This document shows, piece by piece, positions 1 through 10,194 of a DNA stretch of 64,000 nucleotides (within the stretch, counting starts at the first letter, position 1; each line of letters starts with the position of its first letter). This stretch comes from Pseudomonadota bacterium (GTDB lineage: Bacteria > Pseudomonadota > Alphaproteobacteria > Rhizobiales > Devosiaceae). The translations under genes were made by a program, and so were the position numbers. Below the pieces are notes generated by a model. That model saw nothing but the letters and a program-made list of their open reading frames with translations. It did not search any database and was not told the origin of the DNA. The DNA lies in contig JAEWGT010000015.1 in NCBI GenBank assembly GCA_023388175.1, positions 40,485 through 104,484 on the forward strand, read 5' to 3'.

Positions 1-1670
1 TGCTTGAAATCGGGCGTGGATGAGGTGACGCAACCATCCCAGATCGGGTCCAGCATTTCGGCCAGCGCGAAGTTGTTGGAGAGCGCCTGCGGGGCGGTCT
101 TGCCATTGGCCTTGGCATAGGCAATGGCCTCGTCCATGCGGGCCTTGGTCCAGTTGGAGCCACCGAACGGCCCGCGAATACGGCCGGCCTTGACCTCGGC
201 ATCCATGGCGTCGACGAATTCGCCCACCGGCACATGGAGATTGTCACGGTGCATGAAATAGACGTCGACATAGTCGGTCTGCAGGCGGTCCAGCGACTGA
301 GTGAGCTGTTTGGCGATCACGTCGGGATAGACGAGCGGGGAATGGGCACCCTTGCCGATCAGCACGGCCTGTTCACGCGTACCGCGGCTCCTGTGCCATT
401 CGCCGAACAGCTTCTCGGTATAGCCGCCAGCATAGATGAAGGCGGTATCGAAGATATTGCCGCCGCGTTCCCAGAAGGCGTCGAGCAGGATGGCGCCGGA
501 GGAGAAGGTGCGGAAATCTTCAAAGCCGAGCGCGACCGCTGATGCCTGCTTGGACAGGCCCGGAATGCTCCGCTTGGGAATGACGCCCTGATTGGCACCC
601 AGCGAGCGGTTGTCCAGCGTCTTGGTGCGGGTCACGGACTTTTCGACCGAGAACTCGATCCCGGCATCGGAACGCCATTTGTCGAGCACGCGCAGATTGC
701 CCAGCGTGTCGGCCCAGCTCATGCCCGGGGCGTCGAACTCCTGCTTGCCGGCGATAATGGCGAGCGAAGCGGCTTCGGCCTCGAAGGAATAGACATGGGC
801 GCTTTCGTTGACGCTGACGCTCTCGGTCTTGCCGCCCTTGATAATGTCGATCTTGCCCAGACCCTGATCGCGATTGCCGCCGGCGAACCAGAAGTCCGGC
901 ACATCGATCCGGCCCTCCGAGCCATGGATGCGCAGCACGTTGTCGAGATTGGCCATGACGGCGCAGGAGACCTGCGCGACGATGCCATTCTCGAAGGTCA
1001 GCACAGCCGCGGCGAAGTCGTCGGTGCCCTCGGCATTGAGCTTTGCCGTACCCGCGACCTTGACCGGATCGGCAAAGCCCTTGCCCGTGACGGCGCCGAC
1101 GAGAAGCCGGGCCATCGAGACGGGATAGCAACCCACATCCATGATGCCGCCACCAGCCAGCGCCGAGGCGAACAGGCGATGCTCGGGCTGGAACCGGCCC
1201 ATGTTGAAGCCGAAGCTCGACTGGATCATGCGCACTTCGCCGATGGCGCCGGACTTGACCAGTTCGAGGATTTTCGCGGTCTGCGGATGCAGGCGATACA
1301 TAAAGGCTTCGCCAGCAAAGGTGCCGGCCTTGCGATGGGCATGGAACACCGCGTCGGCCTCATGGGCCGAAAGGGCCAGCGGCTTTTCGACGAGAACGTG
1401 CTTGCCCGCTTCGGCAGCCTTGATCGCCCATTGGGCATGGCCGGTATGGGGCACGGCGATATAGACCGCGTCGATTTCCTTGTCGGCGAGCAGGGCATCA
1501 TAGCCATGGACGATGCGGGCGCCGGGGAATTCTTCGGCCAGGCCCGGGCGATCGGGGTTGCGGGTGGCGATTGCGGCGAGCTCACCGTGCTGGCTGCCCT
1601 TGAGGCCGTCTCGGAAGGCCTTGGCAATGGAGCCCGGCCCGATGATGCCCCAGCGGATTGTGGAAGTCAT
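1..1670 (-). CDS. Gfo/Idh/MocA oxidoreductase fused to aldo/keto reductase (3' end runs off the window)
   Basis: Not in the ORF track; read manually from ATG at 1670: MTSTIRWGIIGPGSIAKAF...HVLVEKP...GGGIMDVGCY (Gfo/Idh/MocA), continuing in frame into GGNIFDTAFIY...SLDRLQTDYVDVYFMHRD (AKR). Confidence 0.9.
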   Translation of the reverse strand, partial: MTSTIRWGIIGPGSIAKAFRDGLKGSQHGELAAIATRNPDRPGLAEEFPGARIVHGYDALLADKEIDAVYIAVPHTGHAQWAIKAAEAGKHVLVEKPLALSAHEADAVFHAHRKAGTFAGEAFMYRLHPQTAKILELVKSGAIGEVRMIQSSFGFNMGRFQPEHRLFASALAGGGIMDVGCYPVSMARLLVGAVTGKGFADPVKVAGTAKLNAEGTDDFAAAVLTFENGIVAQVSCAVMANLDNVLRIHGSEGRIDVPDFWFAGGNRDQGLGKIDIIKGGKTESVSVNESAHVYSFEAEAASLAIIAGKQEFDAPGMSWADTLGNLRVLDKWRSDAGIEFSVEKSVTRTKTLDNRSLGANQGVIPKRSIPGLSKQASAVALGFEDFRTFSSGAILLDAFWERGGNIFDTAFIYAGGYTEKLFGEWHRSRGTREQAVLIGKGAHSPLVYPDVIAKQLTQSLDRLQTDYVDVYFMHRDNLHVPVGEFVDAMDAEVKAGRIRGPFGGSNWTKARMDEAIAYAKANGKTAPQALSNNFALAEMLDPIWDGCVTSSTPDFK

Positions 1671-1694
1671 TTTCTAGTCCTGTCAGGAGGGAAT

Positions 1695-2774
1695 TTAGCG
1701 GAGCCGCTGGCCCTGCTTGTCGAAGAGATATGCTTTTGCAGGGTCGATGGAGACGGTGATCACATCCGCATCGGCTTCGTTACGCGATTCCTCGCGCTCG
1801 ATGATGAGAGGCTCACCATCGGTGCGTGCATAGACATAGGAGGTCGTGCCCAGATGCTCGGCCACGTCGACATTGACGCTGATGTCCACGCCCCCTTCGC
1901 CTGCCGAGCCGAAATGCTCGGGGCGCACGCCCAGGATCACGTCCTCGCCGACTTCGGCGCTGGTGACCGGCATGATCAGGCGCGCATCGCCATGCTGGGT
2001 CAGTGCGATGGAAACCCCGGCCGGCGATTTCTCGACCACTTTTGCCGGAATGAAGTTCATTTTCGGCGAGCCGATGAAACCGGCAACGAACTGGTTGGCC
2101 GGGTCGTCATAGAGATCGAGCGGTCGTCCGGCCTGCTCGATGATCCCGTCGCGCAGCACGACGATCTTGTCGGCCAGGGTCATGGCTTCGACCTGATCGT
2201 GGGTGACATAGATGATCGTGGTCTGCAATTCCTTGTGCAGGCGCGCGATCTCGATGCGCATATGCACGCGCAATTCGGCATCGAGATTGGACAGAGGTTC
2301 GTCGAACAGGAACACTTCCGGGTTGCGCACGATGGCGCGGCCAATGGCGACACGCTGCCGCTGGCCGCCGGAGAGTTGCTTGGGCAGCCTGTCCATCAGC
2401 GGACCAAGCGCCAGGATGCGCGCGGCATCATCGACCAGGCGCTTGATCTCGTCCTTGGCAACGCCGGCAAAGCGCAGCGCAAAGCCCATATTTTCGCGCA
2501 CCGTCATATGCGGATAGAGCGCATAGGTCTGAAACACCATGGCGATGCCGCGCTTTGACGGATCGACATCGTTCATGCGTGTGCCGCCGATTTCGAGGTC
2601 ACCGGCGCTGATGGTCTCCAGTCCCGCAATCATGCGGAGCAGGGTGGACTTGCCGCAGCCCGACGGGCCGACGAACACGACGAATTCCTTGTCCGCGACG
2701 TCCAGATCGACGCCCTTGATGACCTCCAGCGAGCCGAAGGATTTGCGAACACCCCTAAGTGATACACTGCTCAT
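1695..2774 (-). CDS. Sugar ABC transporter ATP-binding protein (MalK/UgpC family)
   Basis: GPSGCGKST Walker A, LSGGQRQR signature, [12 protein letters not shown]-terminal TOBE-like region. Confidence 0.95.
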   Translation of the reverse strand: MSSVSLRGVRKSFGSLEVIKGVDLDVADKEFVVFVGPSGCGKSTLLRMIAGLETISAGDLEIGGTRMNDVDPSKRGIAMVFQTYALYPHMTVRENMGFALRFAGVAKDEIKRLVDDAARILALGPLMDRLPKQLSGGQRQRVAIGRAIVRNPEVFLFDEPLSNLDAELRVHMRIEIARLHKELQTTIIYVTHDQVEAMTLADKIVVLRDGIIEQAGRPLDLYDDPANQFVAGFIGSPKMNFIPAKVVEKSPAGVSIALTQHGDARLIMPVTSAEVGEDVILGVRPEHFGSAGEGGVDISVNVDVAEHLGTTSYVYARTDGEPLIIEREESRNEADADVITVSIDPAKAYLFDKQGQRLR

Positions 2775-2786
2775 GGGTTCTGAACC

Positions 2787-3605
2787 TTATTTGACCGCGC
2801 CCAGCATGCCTTCAACGAAGCGGCGCTGGAGCAGGAAGAAGATGATGAGGGTGGGCAGGGTGGTGACGATCGACCCGATCATGACGACGCCGAAATCAGG
2901 CGAATAGCCCTGAGAAAGTGTGGCAACGACAAGCGGCAGGGTCTTCATCTCATTGGTCTGCAACACGATGAGTGGCCACAGATAATTGTTCCAATGCGTC
3001 ATGAAGACGATGATGGTCGCTGCTGCATAAGTGGAGCGCATCACCGGCATATAAACGAAGAGGAATATCTGCCACTCCTTCAGCCCGTCGATACGGGCAG
3101 CATCGCGCAATTCATGCGGGAATGCCTTCGTTGCCTGACGGAAGTAGAAGATGATGAAGATGGAGGCCACCGCAGGCAGAATGACCGCCTGATAGGAATT
3201 CATCAGCTTCAGGTTTGCCATCAGCATGAAGAGCGGAATCATCAGCGCCGCGAACGGCACTGAAAGCATCAGCAGCATGACGGCAAAAACGCGCTCTTTC
3301 ATCCGCGAGCGGAAAATTTCGAACCCGTAACCGGCCAGCGACGACACCAGAAGCGTCAGCACGGTGCCAAAGCCGGCGATGAAGAACGAATTGAAAAAGA
3401 TGCGCGGCATGTCTGCCGAGGCGAAAAACACTTCGATGTTGCGCCAAAGCGCCTCGCCGAGCGACGACTTGCCCCGGATGATGTCGGCATTGGTATTTGT
3501 TGCGCCAACCACCATCCAGAAGAATGGGAACACCGAAACGAAGGCCGCAATGCTGAGGACCAGATAGGTCGCTGTGCGGCCAAGGATTGCGAGGGGATTG
3601 CTCAT
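2787..3605 (-). CDS. Carbohydrate ABC transporter permease (MalG/LacG-like)
   Basis: Multiple TM segments, EAA-like loop ELRDAARIDG, C-terminal FVEGMLGAVK. Confidence 0.93.
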   Translation of the reverse strand: MSNPLAILGRTATYLVLSIAAFVSVFPFFWMVVGATNTNADIIRGKSSLGEALWRNIEVFFASADMPRIFFNSFFIAGFGTVLTLLVSSLAGYGFEIFRSRMKERVFAVMLLMLSVPFAALMIPLFMLMANLKLMNSYQAVILPAVASIFIIFYFRQATKAFPHELRDAARIDGLKEWQIFLFVYMPVMRSTYAAATIIVFMTHWNNYLWPLIVLQTNEMKTLPLVVATLSQGYSPDFGVVMIGSIVTTLPTLIIFFLLQRRFVEGMLGAVK

Positions 3606-4486
3606 GCGCGGCGATCCCTTGCGGCCAGAAATTGCAGGAAGCTCAGAATGGCGACCAGAACCACGATCACATAGGAGACCGTCGCAGCGTAGCCAAAGCT
3701 GGGCATGAACTTGAAGCTGAGATTGTAGATATACATCGACAGGGTCAGCGTGGAATCCGAAGGGCCGCCCTGCGTCAGCAGATTTGGCTCATCGAACAAT
3801 TGCAGCGTGCCGATGGTGGAAATGACGGTGGTGAAAAGGATCACCGGCTTCAGCATGGGAACGGTGAGATACCAGAAACGCGCCCAGGCTGGCACGCCAT
3901 CGATCTTGGCCGCCTCATAGATCGAGCGGTCGATATTCTGCATGGCGGCGAGATAGAAAATCATATTGTAGCCGGTCCAGCGCCAGGTAATGGCGGAAAT
4001 GACCACGACCTTGGCCCAGAACGGGTCGGCCAGCCACGGAATGGGCGCACCGATGATATGCAGGCCCATCAGCATCTGATTGATGATGCCTTCCTGCGCA
4101 AACATGGCTTTAAAGGTCACTGAATAGGCGACCAGCGAGGTCACGCAGGGCAGAAAGATCGCCGTGCGAAAGAATGAGCGGCCCCAGAGTTTGGAATCAT
4201 TGAGAGCATTGGCGAAGAGCAGTGCCAGCATCAGCATGATCGGCACCTGAACGGCCAGGAAGATCAGCGTATTGGTGAGCGCCCGAAGAAAGACCGGGTC
4301 CTGCGTCAACCGGATGATATTGGTGAGCCCGCCAAAGCTGAAGGCCATACCACGCCCGGTCTGGAAGCTCATCCAGAGCGACCACAGGATCGGGAAGATC
4401 ATGAAAATTCCGAGCAGCACCAGAGCGGGCATGACAAATGCCCAGCCGTTGATCCGCTCGCCACGCGACAGATGCGATTGCGCCAT
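3602..4486 (-). CDS. Carbohydrate ABC transporter permease (MalF/LacF-like)
   Basis: IYEAAKIDG EAA loop, WRWTGYNMIFYLAA; ATG at 4486 preceded by GGGAG; 4-bp overlap with the next gene. Confidence 0.93.
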   Translation of the reverse strand: MAQSHLSRGERINGWAFVMPALVLLGIFMIFPILWSLWMSFQTGRGMAFSFGGLTNIIRLTQDPVFLRALTNTLIFLAVQVPIMLMLALLFANALNDSKLWGRSFFRTAIFLPCVTSLVAYSVTFKAMFAQEGIINQMLMGLHIIGAPIPWLADPFWAKVVVISAITWRWTGYNMIFYLAAMQNIDRSIYEAAKIDGVPAWARFWYLTVPMLKPVILFTTVISTIGTLQLFDEPNLLTQGGPSDSTLTLSMYIYNLSFKFMPSFGYAATVSYVIVVLVAILSFLQFLAARDRRA

Positions 4487-4515
4487 TGGCTCCCTCACTT
4501 GTTCCAGAAGGCCGA

Positions 4516-4574
4516 CGAATCCGCGCCATAGGACGCGGATTCGCGGGAGGCCGGAAGAGCGTGAACTCTTCCGG
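4516..4574. other. Two intercistronic stem-loops downstream of the binding-protein gene
   Basis: CGAATCCGCG/CGCGGATTCG (4516-4543) and CCGGAAGAG/CTCTTCCGG (4551-4574). Confidence 0.6.
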
Positions 4575-4585
4575 TAATTCGGTGC

Positions 4586-5860
4586 TTACTGGATCTGCTG
4601 GCGAACCTGAGCGTCGATGGCAGCGATGATTTCATCGATATTGCCACCGCTGGTGATTGCCGGGATCTGTGCGGCCACGGCAGAGTCAGCTTCGTTGGTG
4701 AAGATGCCGTAGTTCACGGATGGGATTTCGCCGAGCCAGTCGGAGAAATTCTGCCACACCGCCTGACCGCCGAAGAACTCGTCATTGGCCTGATAGGCCT
4801 CCCCTTCGCGCGCTGCGAGGAGCGAGCCGACAGCACCCTGATTGACGAGAATCTTCTGGTAGAAGTCCACATCCTTGCCCCAGATTTCGGCGAGGAAATC
4901 AACGGCTTCGGCCTTGTTGGGCGAGGAGGCGAGGACATACCAGCTCGAACCGCCGAGATTGGATGCGTTTACCGAGCCTTCGACGCCATCGAGACGCGGA
5001 ATGGGGGCAACGGCCCATTTGCCGGACTGATCGGCATTGGCCTTGATCGTTGCGGTCATCCACACGCCCGTAAAGGTCGATGCAGTGTCGCCCGAGGTGA
5101 AGGAACCGGTATATTCGGTCCAGCCAGCAACCGGCTTGGTGATGCCCGAGGCGATCAGGCGCTGATAGGTTTCGAGGGCCGCCTTGAAGACCGGATTGTC
5201 AACGAGGGTCGGGTTGCCATCGGCATCGAAATACCAGGAACCGGCGGACTGCAGCAGAATGCGGAAGACGCCAGCGTCATTCGGATCGATCGGCAGCAGA
5301 ATCTGGCCAGTCTTTTCCTTCACGTCGAGCCCGATCTCGATGAGGCGATCCCAGGTGATGTCTTCAAGGTCAGCTTCGGTATAGCCAGCTTCGCCCAGAA
5401 TGTCGGAGCGATAGAAATAGCCGGTAACACCCGAGTCGAAGGGCATGGAATAGGTCTGGCCATTCACCGTAGCCAGTTCAACCTTGTAGGGCGCGAAGCC
5501 GGAATAATCGACGGCGCTGTTCAGCGGCTCGAAGGCGCCGGGGAAGGACTGCAGATATTTCTGTGCGCCGTAATCCTCGATCAGAACGATATCGGGCAGG
5601 CCATCGGTAGTGCCCGAAGCGAGCTGGGTCTGCAGCTTCTGTTCGAGTGCGGCCTTATCGTGGTCGACCACGGTGAGCGAGAAGTCCGGATGGTTAGCGG
5701 CGTAGCGGTCGCCGGCTTCTTTCATCGTCGCGCCGTTAAAATTCGGGTCCCAGGCCCAGACGGTGATTTCGGCTGCCGAAGCAGCGGTCATACCGATGAC
5801 ACTGGCACTGGCCATGGCGATTGCAAGCGCGCGGGTCCACCGCGCAGAATTGGCGATCAT
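4586..5860 (-). CDS. Sugar ABC transporter substrate-binding protein (SBP_bac_1)
   Basis: Signal peptide ending ASA-A, ITVWAWD, LPDIV, NLGGSSW; first gene of the ABC operon; RBS GGGAGG. Confidence 0.92.
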   Translation of the reverse strand: MIANSARWTRALAIAMASASVIGMTAASAAEITVWAWDPNFNGATMKEAGDRYAANHPDFSLTVVDHDKAALEQKLQTQLASGTTDGLPDIVLIEDYGAQKYLQSFPGAFEPLNSAVDYSGFAPYKVELATVNGQTYSMPFDSGVTGYFYRSDILGEAGYTEADLEDITWDRLIEIGLDVKEKTGQILLPIDPNDAGVFRILLQSAGSWYFDADGNPTLVDNPVFKAALETYQRLIASGITKPVAGWTEYTGSFTSGDTASTFTGVWMTATIKANADQSGKWAVAPIPRLDGVEGSVNASNLGGSSWYVLASSPNKAEAVDFLAEIWGKDVDFYQKILVNQGAVGSLLAAREGEAYQANDEFFGGQAVWQNFSDWLGEIPSVNYGIFTNEADSAVAAQIPAITSGGNIDEIIAAIDAQVRQQIQ

Positions 5861-5951
5861 GATAGTTCCTCCCTTTTCATTTGCTCTTCCTCTGAGCGCT
5901 ACCTAAGCTAATGATCCGACCGAAGCCGTCGCGCTCATTGGGTATGTAGAT

Positions 5952-6878
5952 TTGGCGGAAAGTAAGATTAGTCGTACTTATTATGACCCGGCCGAAAACG
6001 GGATTGAACGCCTGCCGACGGAACTGCACATGTTCCTGTCATCGCCACTCCTGATGCGGGCCCCGCATTGGCACGCCCAGGTCGAGGTCAATTATATCGT
6101 GCGCGGCTGGGCTCATTATAAAATGAGCAGCCATGATGCCACTTTCACTGAAGGTGACCTCGTCATGTTCTGGGGCGGGCAGCCGCATTGGCTCCAGGAC
6201 GGCTCGGACGATTTGATCTATGCCGGAGCGCATCTGCCGCTGGTGCATTTCTTCAGGCTGCGGTTGCCGCCGGAGCTGACAGCCCGGCTCATGCAGGGCG
6301 CGACGCTGCTCACCCGGGCCACGGACGCCTCCGATCCGATCAATTTCGCGCGCTGGGCGGAGTATGCGACGACGAGGGACCCGCACAAGCTCAGTGTGGC
6401 CGTCGATGAACTGCTGTTGCGTATCGAGCGCATCCGCTTTTCATCCCACTGCCTGCTGCCCGAGGCTGGCCAGAATGTCGATGCGGGCGGGCTGGATCAT
6501 CACACCTCGCCCATCGTGGTGCGCATCTGCGAATATATCGCCGACAATTTCCGGGAAGATATCGACTCCTGCGATATTGCCGTGGCGGCGGACATTCATC
6601 CGAAATACGCCATGAACGTCTTCAAGAAATCCACCGGCATGACGCTGAACGATTACGTCAATCTCATGCGCCTGTCCTATGCGCAGGCCATGCTGATGCG
6701 TGAAGGGGAGAGCGTACTCTCCATCGCCATGGAGAGCGGCTTCGGCTCCCTCAGCGCTTTTAACAAGTCGTTCCGCAAGATCGCCGGCATGTCGCCAAGC
6801 GATTTCAGGCGGGACGTGCGCGCGCGGCCAGAAGTGCAAATGCCTGGCGGGTCCGCCTCCGGCAGCCCCTATCTCTGA
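5952..6878 (+). CDS. AraC family transcriptional regulator, MelR-like
   Basis: Cupin HWHAQVEVNY resembling MelR; C-terminal IAMESGFGSLSAFNKSFRKIAGMSPSDFR; divergent from the sugar operon; TTG start uncertain. Confidence 0.9.
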   Translation: MAESKISRTYYDPAENGIERLPTELHMFLSSPLLMRAPHWHAQVEVNYIVRGWAHYKMSSHDATFTEGDLVMFWGGQPHWLQDGSDDLIYAGAHLPLVHFFRLRLPPELTARLMQGATLLTRATDASDPINFARWAEYATTRDPHKLSVAVDELLLRIERIRFSSHCLLPEAGQNVDAGGLDHHTSPIVVRICEYIADNFREDIDSCDIAVAADIHPKYAMNVFKKSTGMTLNDYVNLMRLSYAQAMLMREGESVLSIAMESGFGSLSAFNKSFRKIAGMSPSDFRRDVRARPEVQMPGGSASGSPYL

Positions 6879-6883
6879 TCGCC

Positions 6884-8980
6884 ATGGATCGGCGGGCCTG
6901 GGCAGCGTTCATCTTCGGCCTCGCCATGATCGCTGCACTGACGCTGTTGCGGGCCGCCGACCCATACGCTGTGCGCGTGGCCCGCGAAACCAGCTTCGAT
7001 GTGTTCCAGCAATTGAAGCCCCGCGCCGCGCCGCCGGACCTGCCGATCCGCATCATCGATATCGACGAGGCCTCGCTGGCTGCGCTCGGACAATGGCCCT
7101 GGTCGCGCGAGACCATGGCGATGATGGCGGAGCGCCTGACCGAGATGGGCGCGGCGGCCATCGTCTTCGACCTTCTGTTCAGCGAACCTGACCGCCTCTC
7201 GCCGTCGCGCTTCTCCGCCAATGGAGAGGATTACGATGCAACCTTCGCCCGTGCTCTGGCGTCGGGGCCATCCGTTGTCAGCCTGGCGCAGAGCAGCAAG
7301 GCGTCGGCCACCGATCTCGCGCCCAAATCCGGGATGGCGGTCACGGGCACCGGCATCCTGTCTCAGATTCCAGCGCTCGGCGGTGCTGCGCAACCCTTGC
7401 CGATCCTGGCCGAGGCGGCAAGGGGGCTGGGTGTCGCCAGTCTCGACCGTGACGGGGCCGCGGTGGTCCGGCGGTTGCCGCTGCTTTGGCGAAACGGCGA
7501 GGCTCTCCTGCCTGCGCTTTCAGTCGAAGCGCTAAGAATTGCTGCCAATATCTCGACGCTGGTGGTCATGGACGACACAAGCGGGGCCGGCAGCGTCGAC
7601 AGTCTGCGCATCGGCGATTTCGTCATTCCCACCGGACCGGCAGGCGATATCTGGCTCTATTACCGCAACATGCCGGCTGACCTCTATATTTCGGCGCAGC
7701 ATCTGCTTTCCGACGACTATGCCGAGTTCCAGTCGCTGATTTCTGGCCAGATCGTGCTCATTGGCGCGTCGGCCAGCGGCCTGCTGGACATTCGCACCAA
7801 TACCCTCGGTGTGGCGGTGCCGGGTGTGTCGATTCACGCACAGGCGCTGGAGCAGATGCTGACCGGCACATACCTCCTGCGCGCCGATTGGGTGGGCGGG
7901 CTCGAAATGCTCATCTTTGCGCTGGCGGGCTGTGTCATCATGCTGGCGGTGACGCTGGCCGGTCCCGTGCTGGGGCTTGCGGTATCGCTTGCAGTCGCCG
8001 GTCTGCTCGTAGCGTCGAGCTGGTGGGCCTTTGCGCAGCCCGGCCTGTTGATCGATCCCAGCTTTGCCGTGTTCGGCGCGCTGGTTCTCTACGCCTCCAT
8101 GGCATTTTTCCGCTTTGCCCTGACCGATTTCGACCGCCGCCGCATCCGCCGTGCTTTCGCGCATTATGTTGCCCCCTCGCTGCTCAGCCGCATCGAGGCA
8201 GATGCGAGCCTTTTGCAATTGGGTGGGGCGGAGCGCGAGCTGACGGTGATGTTCTCCGATGTGCGTAATTTCTCCGCTCTTGCGGAACGCCTGAGTCCTG
8301 CTGAACTGGTCAGCATGCTCAATCGCCTGTTCTCCGCGCTCGGCACCGCGATCATCGATCGGCATGGGACGATCGACAAATTCATGGGTGATGCGGTGAT
8401 GGCCTTTTGGAATGCCCCCGTGGATGTGGAGCAGCACGCGCTGCAGGCCTGTCATGCGGCTCTAGCCATGCGCGAGGCACTGGACGGGCTCAATGCCGGC
8501 CTGGGCGAGCCGATCTCCATCGGCGTGGGCATTGCCAGCGGCCCCGCCCTGGTGGGCAATATGGGCTTCGAGCAGCGCTTCGATTATTCCTGTATCGGCG
8601 ATACCGTGAATGTTGCCAGCCGCATTGAAAGCGCCTGCAAAAGCGTCGGTTATGACATTCTGGCGACCGACGCCACGCGTGCCGCCGCCGCCGAACTCGC
8701 CTTCCTGCCGGCCGGTGCAATTGCCCTCAAGGGCATGAGCGAGCGCGAGCCGATTCACATTCTGGTCGGCGACGAGGCGATGAAATCCGGCACTGCCTTT
8801 GCCGCGCTGGAAGAAGCGCACGGTCAACTGCTGGCAGATTTCGGCGCGGGCAGGAACCATGCAGCCCCACTGGACATCTGCCTGCGCCTGTCGCTCGATA
8901 TCGATGGCCGCCTCGCGCTTTTCTATGCCGCATGTCTTGAGCGCCGCGCGGATTTCGTGGCGATTGAGCCAACCGGATAG
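6884..8980 (+). CDS. CHASE2-domain class III adenylate cyclase
   Basis: IIDIDEASLAALGQWPWSR (CHASE2), three TM helices, VMFSDVRNFS, IDKFMGDAVMAFWNAP, DYSCIGDTVNVASRIE; Lys/Asp at the specificity positions suggest ATP substrate. Confidence 0.92.
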   Translation: MDRRAWAAFIFGLAMIAALTLLRAADPYAVRVARETSFDVFQQLKPRAAPPDLPIRIIDIDEASLAALGQWPWSRETMAMMAERLTEMGAAAIVFDLLFSEPDRLSPSRFSANGEDYDATFARALASGPSVVSLAQSSKASATDLAPKSGMAVTGTGILSQIPALGGAAQPLPILAEAARGLGVASLDRDGAAVVRRLPLLWRNGEALLPALSVEALRIAANISTLVVMDDTSGAGSVDSLRIGDFVIPTGPAGDIWLYYRNMPADLYISAQHLLSDDYAEFQSLISGQIVLIGASASGLLDIRTNTLGVAVPGVSIHAQALEQMLTGTYLLRADWVGGLEMLIFALAGCVIMLAVTLAGPVLGLAVSLAVAGLLVASSWWAFAQPGLLIDPSFAVFGALVLYASMAFFRFALTDFDRRRIRRAFAHYVAPSLLSRIEADASLLQLGGAERELTVMFSDVRNFSALAERLSPAELVSMLNRLFSALGTAIIDRHGTIDKFMGDAVMAFWNAPVDVEQHALQACHAALAMREALDGLNAGLGEPISIGVGIASGPALVGNMGFEQRFDYSCIGDTVNVASRIESACKSVGYDILATDATRAAAAELAFLPAGAIALKGMSEREPIHILVGDEAMKSGTAFAALEEAHGQLLADFGAGRNHAAPLDICLRLSLDIDGRLALFYAACLERRADFVAIEPTG

Positions 8981-9045
8981 CCGGGCGTGGCCAGCTTTTT
9001 TGTGCCGACTACCCACTGCCTTTTGCGGATCATAAAAATTCGGGG

Positions 9046-9074
9046 TTGCGCTCAATCGGCGGACTGACTATGTC
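9046..9074 (+). promoter_or_regulatory. Putative sigma70 promoter of tRNA-Pro
   Basis: TTGCGC-N17-TATGTC ending 10 bp before the tRNA, with an A/T tract (ATAAAAATT) upstream. Confidence 0.55.
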
Positions 9075-9084
9075 TCCGCGCAGT

Positions 9085-9161
9085 CGGGGCGTAGCGCAGC
9101 CTGGTAGCGCATTTGTCTGGGGGACAAAGGGTCGTCGGTTCAAATCCGGCCGCTCCGACCA
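9085..9161 (+). tRNA. tRNA-Pro (anticodon GGG)
   Basis: CGGGGCGTAGCGCAGCCTGGTAGCGC...TTTGT-CTGGGGG-ACAAA...GGTTCAAATCC...CTCCGACCA; 77 nt, encoded CCA. Confidence 0.97.
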
Positions 9162-9219
9162 TTCATCCAATCGTCCGCAACGTTGGTATCCGGGCTCAAC
9201 CGGCAGGCTGGAGTCGATC

Positions 9220-10194
9220 ATGCTGTTGCAGGAGCGCGACCTTGAAGCCGCAATCCCGCTCTGGCCGCATTTGACAGGCGCCGTTCCCCGGCTCGTCAAT
9301 TATTCCGAGAACCATACCTTCCGTTTCGACGCTCCCGGTGGCGCGGCCTATATGCTGCGGGTCCATCGGCCGGATTATCAGAACAGTGCCAATATCCAGA
9401 GCGAGCTGGCATGGCTGGCGGCGCTGCGGCGCGACACCGACCTGCCGATCCCCGAGGCGATTGCCGGGGTAAATGGCGAGTATCTGCAACACTTCGCCAC
9501 CCCGGATGGTGTGGTTCGACATGGCGTTCTGTTCCATCACATTGCCGGCCATGAGCCCAGTCCCGAAAGCAATCTGGTTGATCTGTTCGGAGTTCTGGGC
9601 GGTTATGCAGCGCGCCTGCATGGCCACGCCGCAAGCTGGCGGCCACCAGCCGGCTTCGAGCGTCAGGCCTGGACCGCAGCCACAATTCTGGACGCCGACG
9701 GCCTGTGGGGAGACTGGCGCCTCGCGCCCGGTGTAACGGGCGAAATCCGTCCCCTGCTTGACCGCCTCAATGCTGCGCTGTGGCGAAGGCTGGGCGATTA
9801 CGGCCTCGGCCCGGACCGCTATGGCCTCATCCACGCAGATATGCGCCTGGGCAATCTGCTGGTTGACGGCGAGGACGTCAGCCTCATCGATTTCGACGAT
9901 TGCGGCCTATGCTGGTTCACTTACGATTTTGCTGCGGCGATCTCGTTCCATGAAACGCACAAGGCGGTTCCTGCGCTGCGCGCGGCATGGCTGGAAAGCT
10001 ACCAGAGCGTGCGCCGCCTCGCGGCCGATGACATCGCCAGCATTGATTCCATGGTCATGCTGCGCCGCATGGCCCTTTTGGCCTGGATTGGATCGCACGC
10101 AGAAACCAGTCTGGCGCAGACGCATATGCCGGGCTTTGCCGAGGGTACAGCAGAACTCGCCGAGCGGTTTTTGAGCGGACCGCTCTGGCGCTAG
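9220..10194 (+). CDS. Phosphotransferase (APH / homoserine kinase type II-like)
   Basis: [39 protein letters not shown] at 9220 with GGAG RBS. Confidence 0.88.
   Translation: MLLQERDLEAAIPLWPHLTGAVPRLVNYSENHTFRFDAPGGAAYMLRVHRPDYQNSANIQSELAWLAALRRDTDLPIPEAIAGVNGEYLQHFATPDGVVRHGVLFHHIAGHEPSPESNLVDLFGVLGGYAARLHGHAASWRPPAGFERQAWTAATILDADGLWGDWRLAPGVTGEIRPLLDRLNAALWRRLGDYGLGPDRYGLIHADMRLGNLLVDGEDVSLIDFDDCGLCWFTYDFAAAISFHETHKAVPALRAAWLESYQSVRRLAADDIASIDSMVMLRRMALLAWIGSHAETSLAQTHMPGFAEGTAELAERFLSGPLWR

Noticed and set aside
1..600. AKR domain as the deoxynivalenol-epimerising DepB known from Devosia
   Set aside because: It is fused to Gfo/Idh/MocA inside a sugar operon; nothing in the sequence supports that specific identity
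795..2558. 587-aa plus-strand ORF
   Set aside because: Antisense shadow of the Gfo-AKR and ABC ATPase genes, with no motifs; such shadows are common in GC-rich DNA
9046..9219. N-terminal extension of the phosphotransferase ORF covering the tRNA
   Set aside because: It spans the tRNA and its promoter; the start at 9220 has a proper RBS
9085..10194. Genomic island integrated at tRNA-Pro
   Set aside because: No integrase and no duplicated tRNA 3' end noticed in the window
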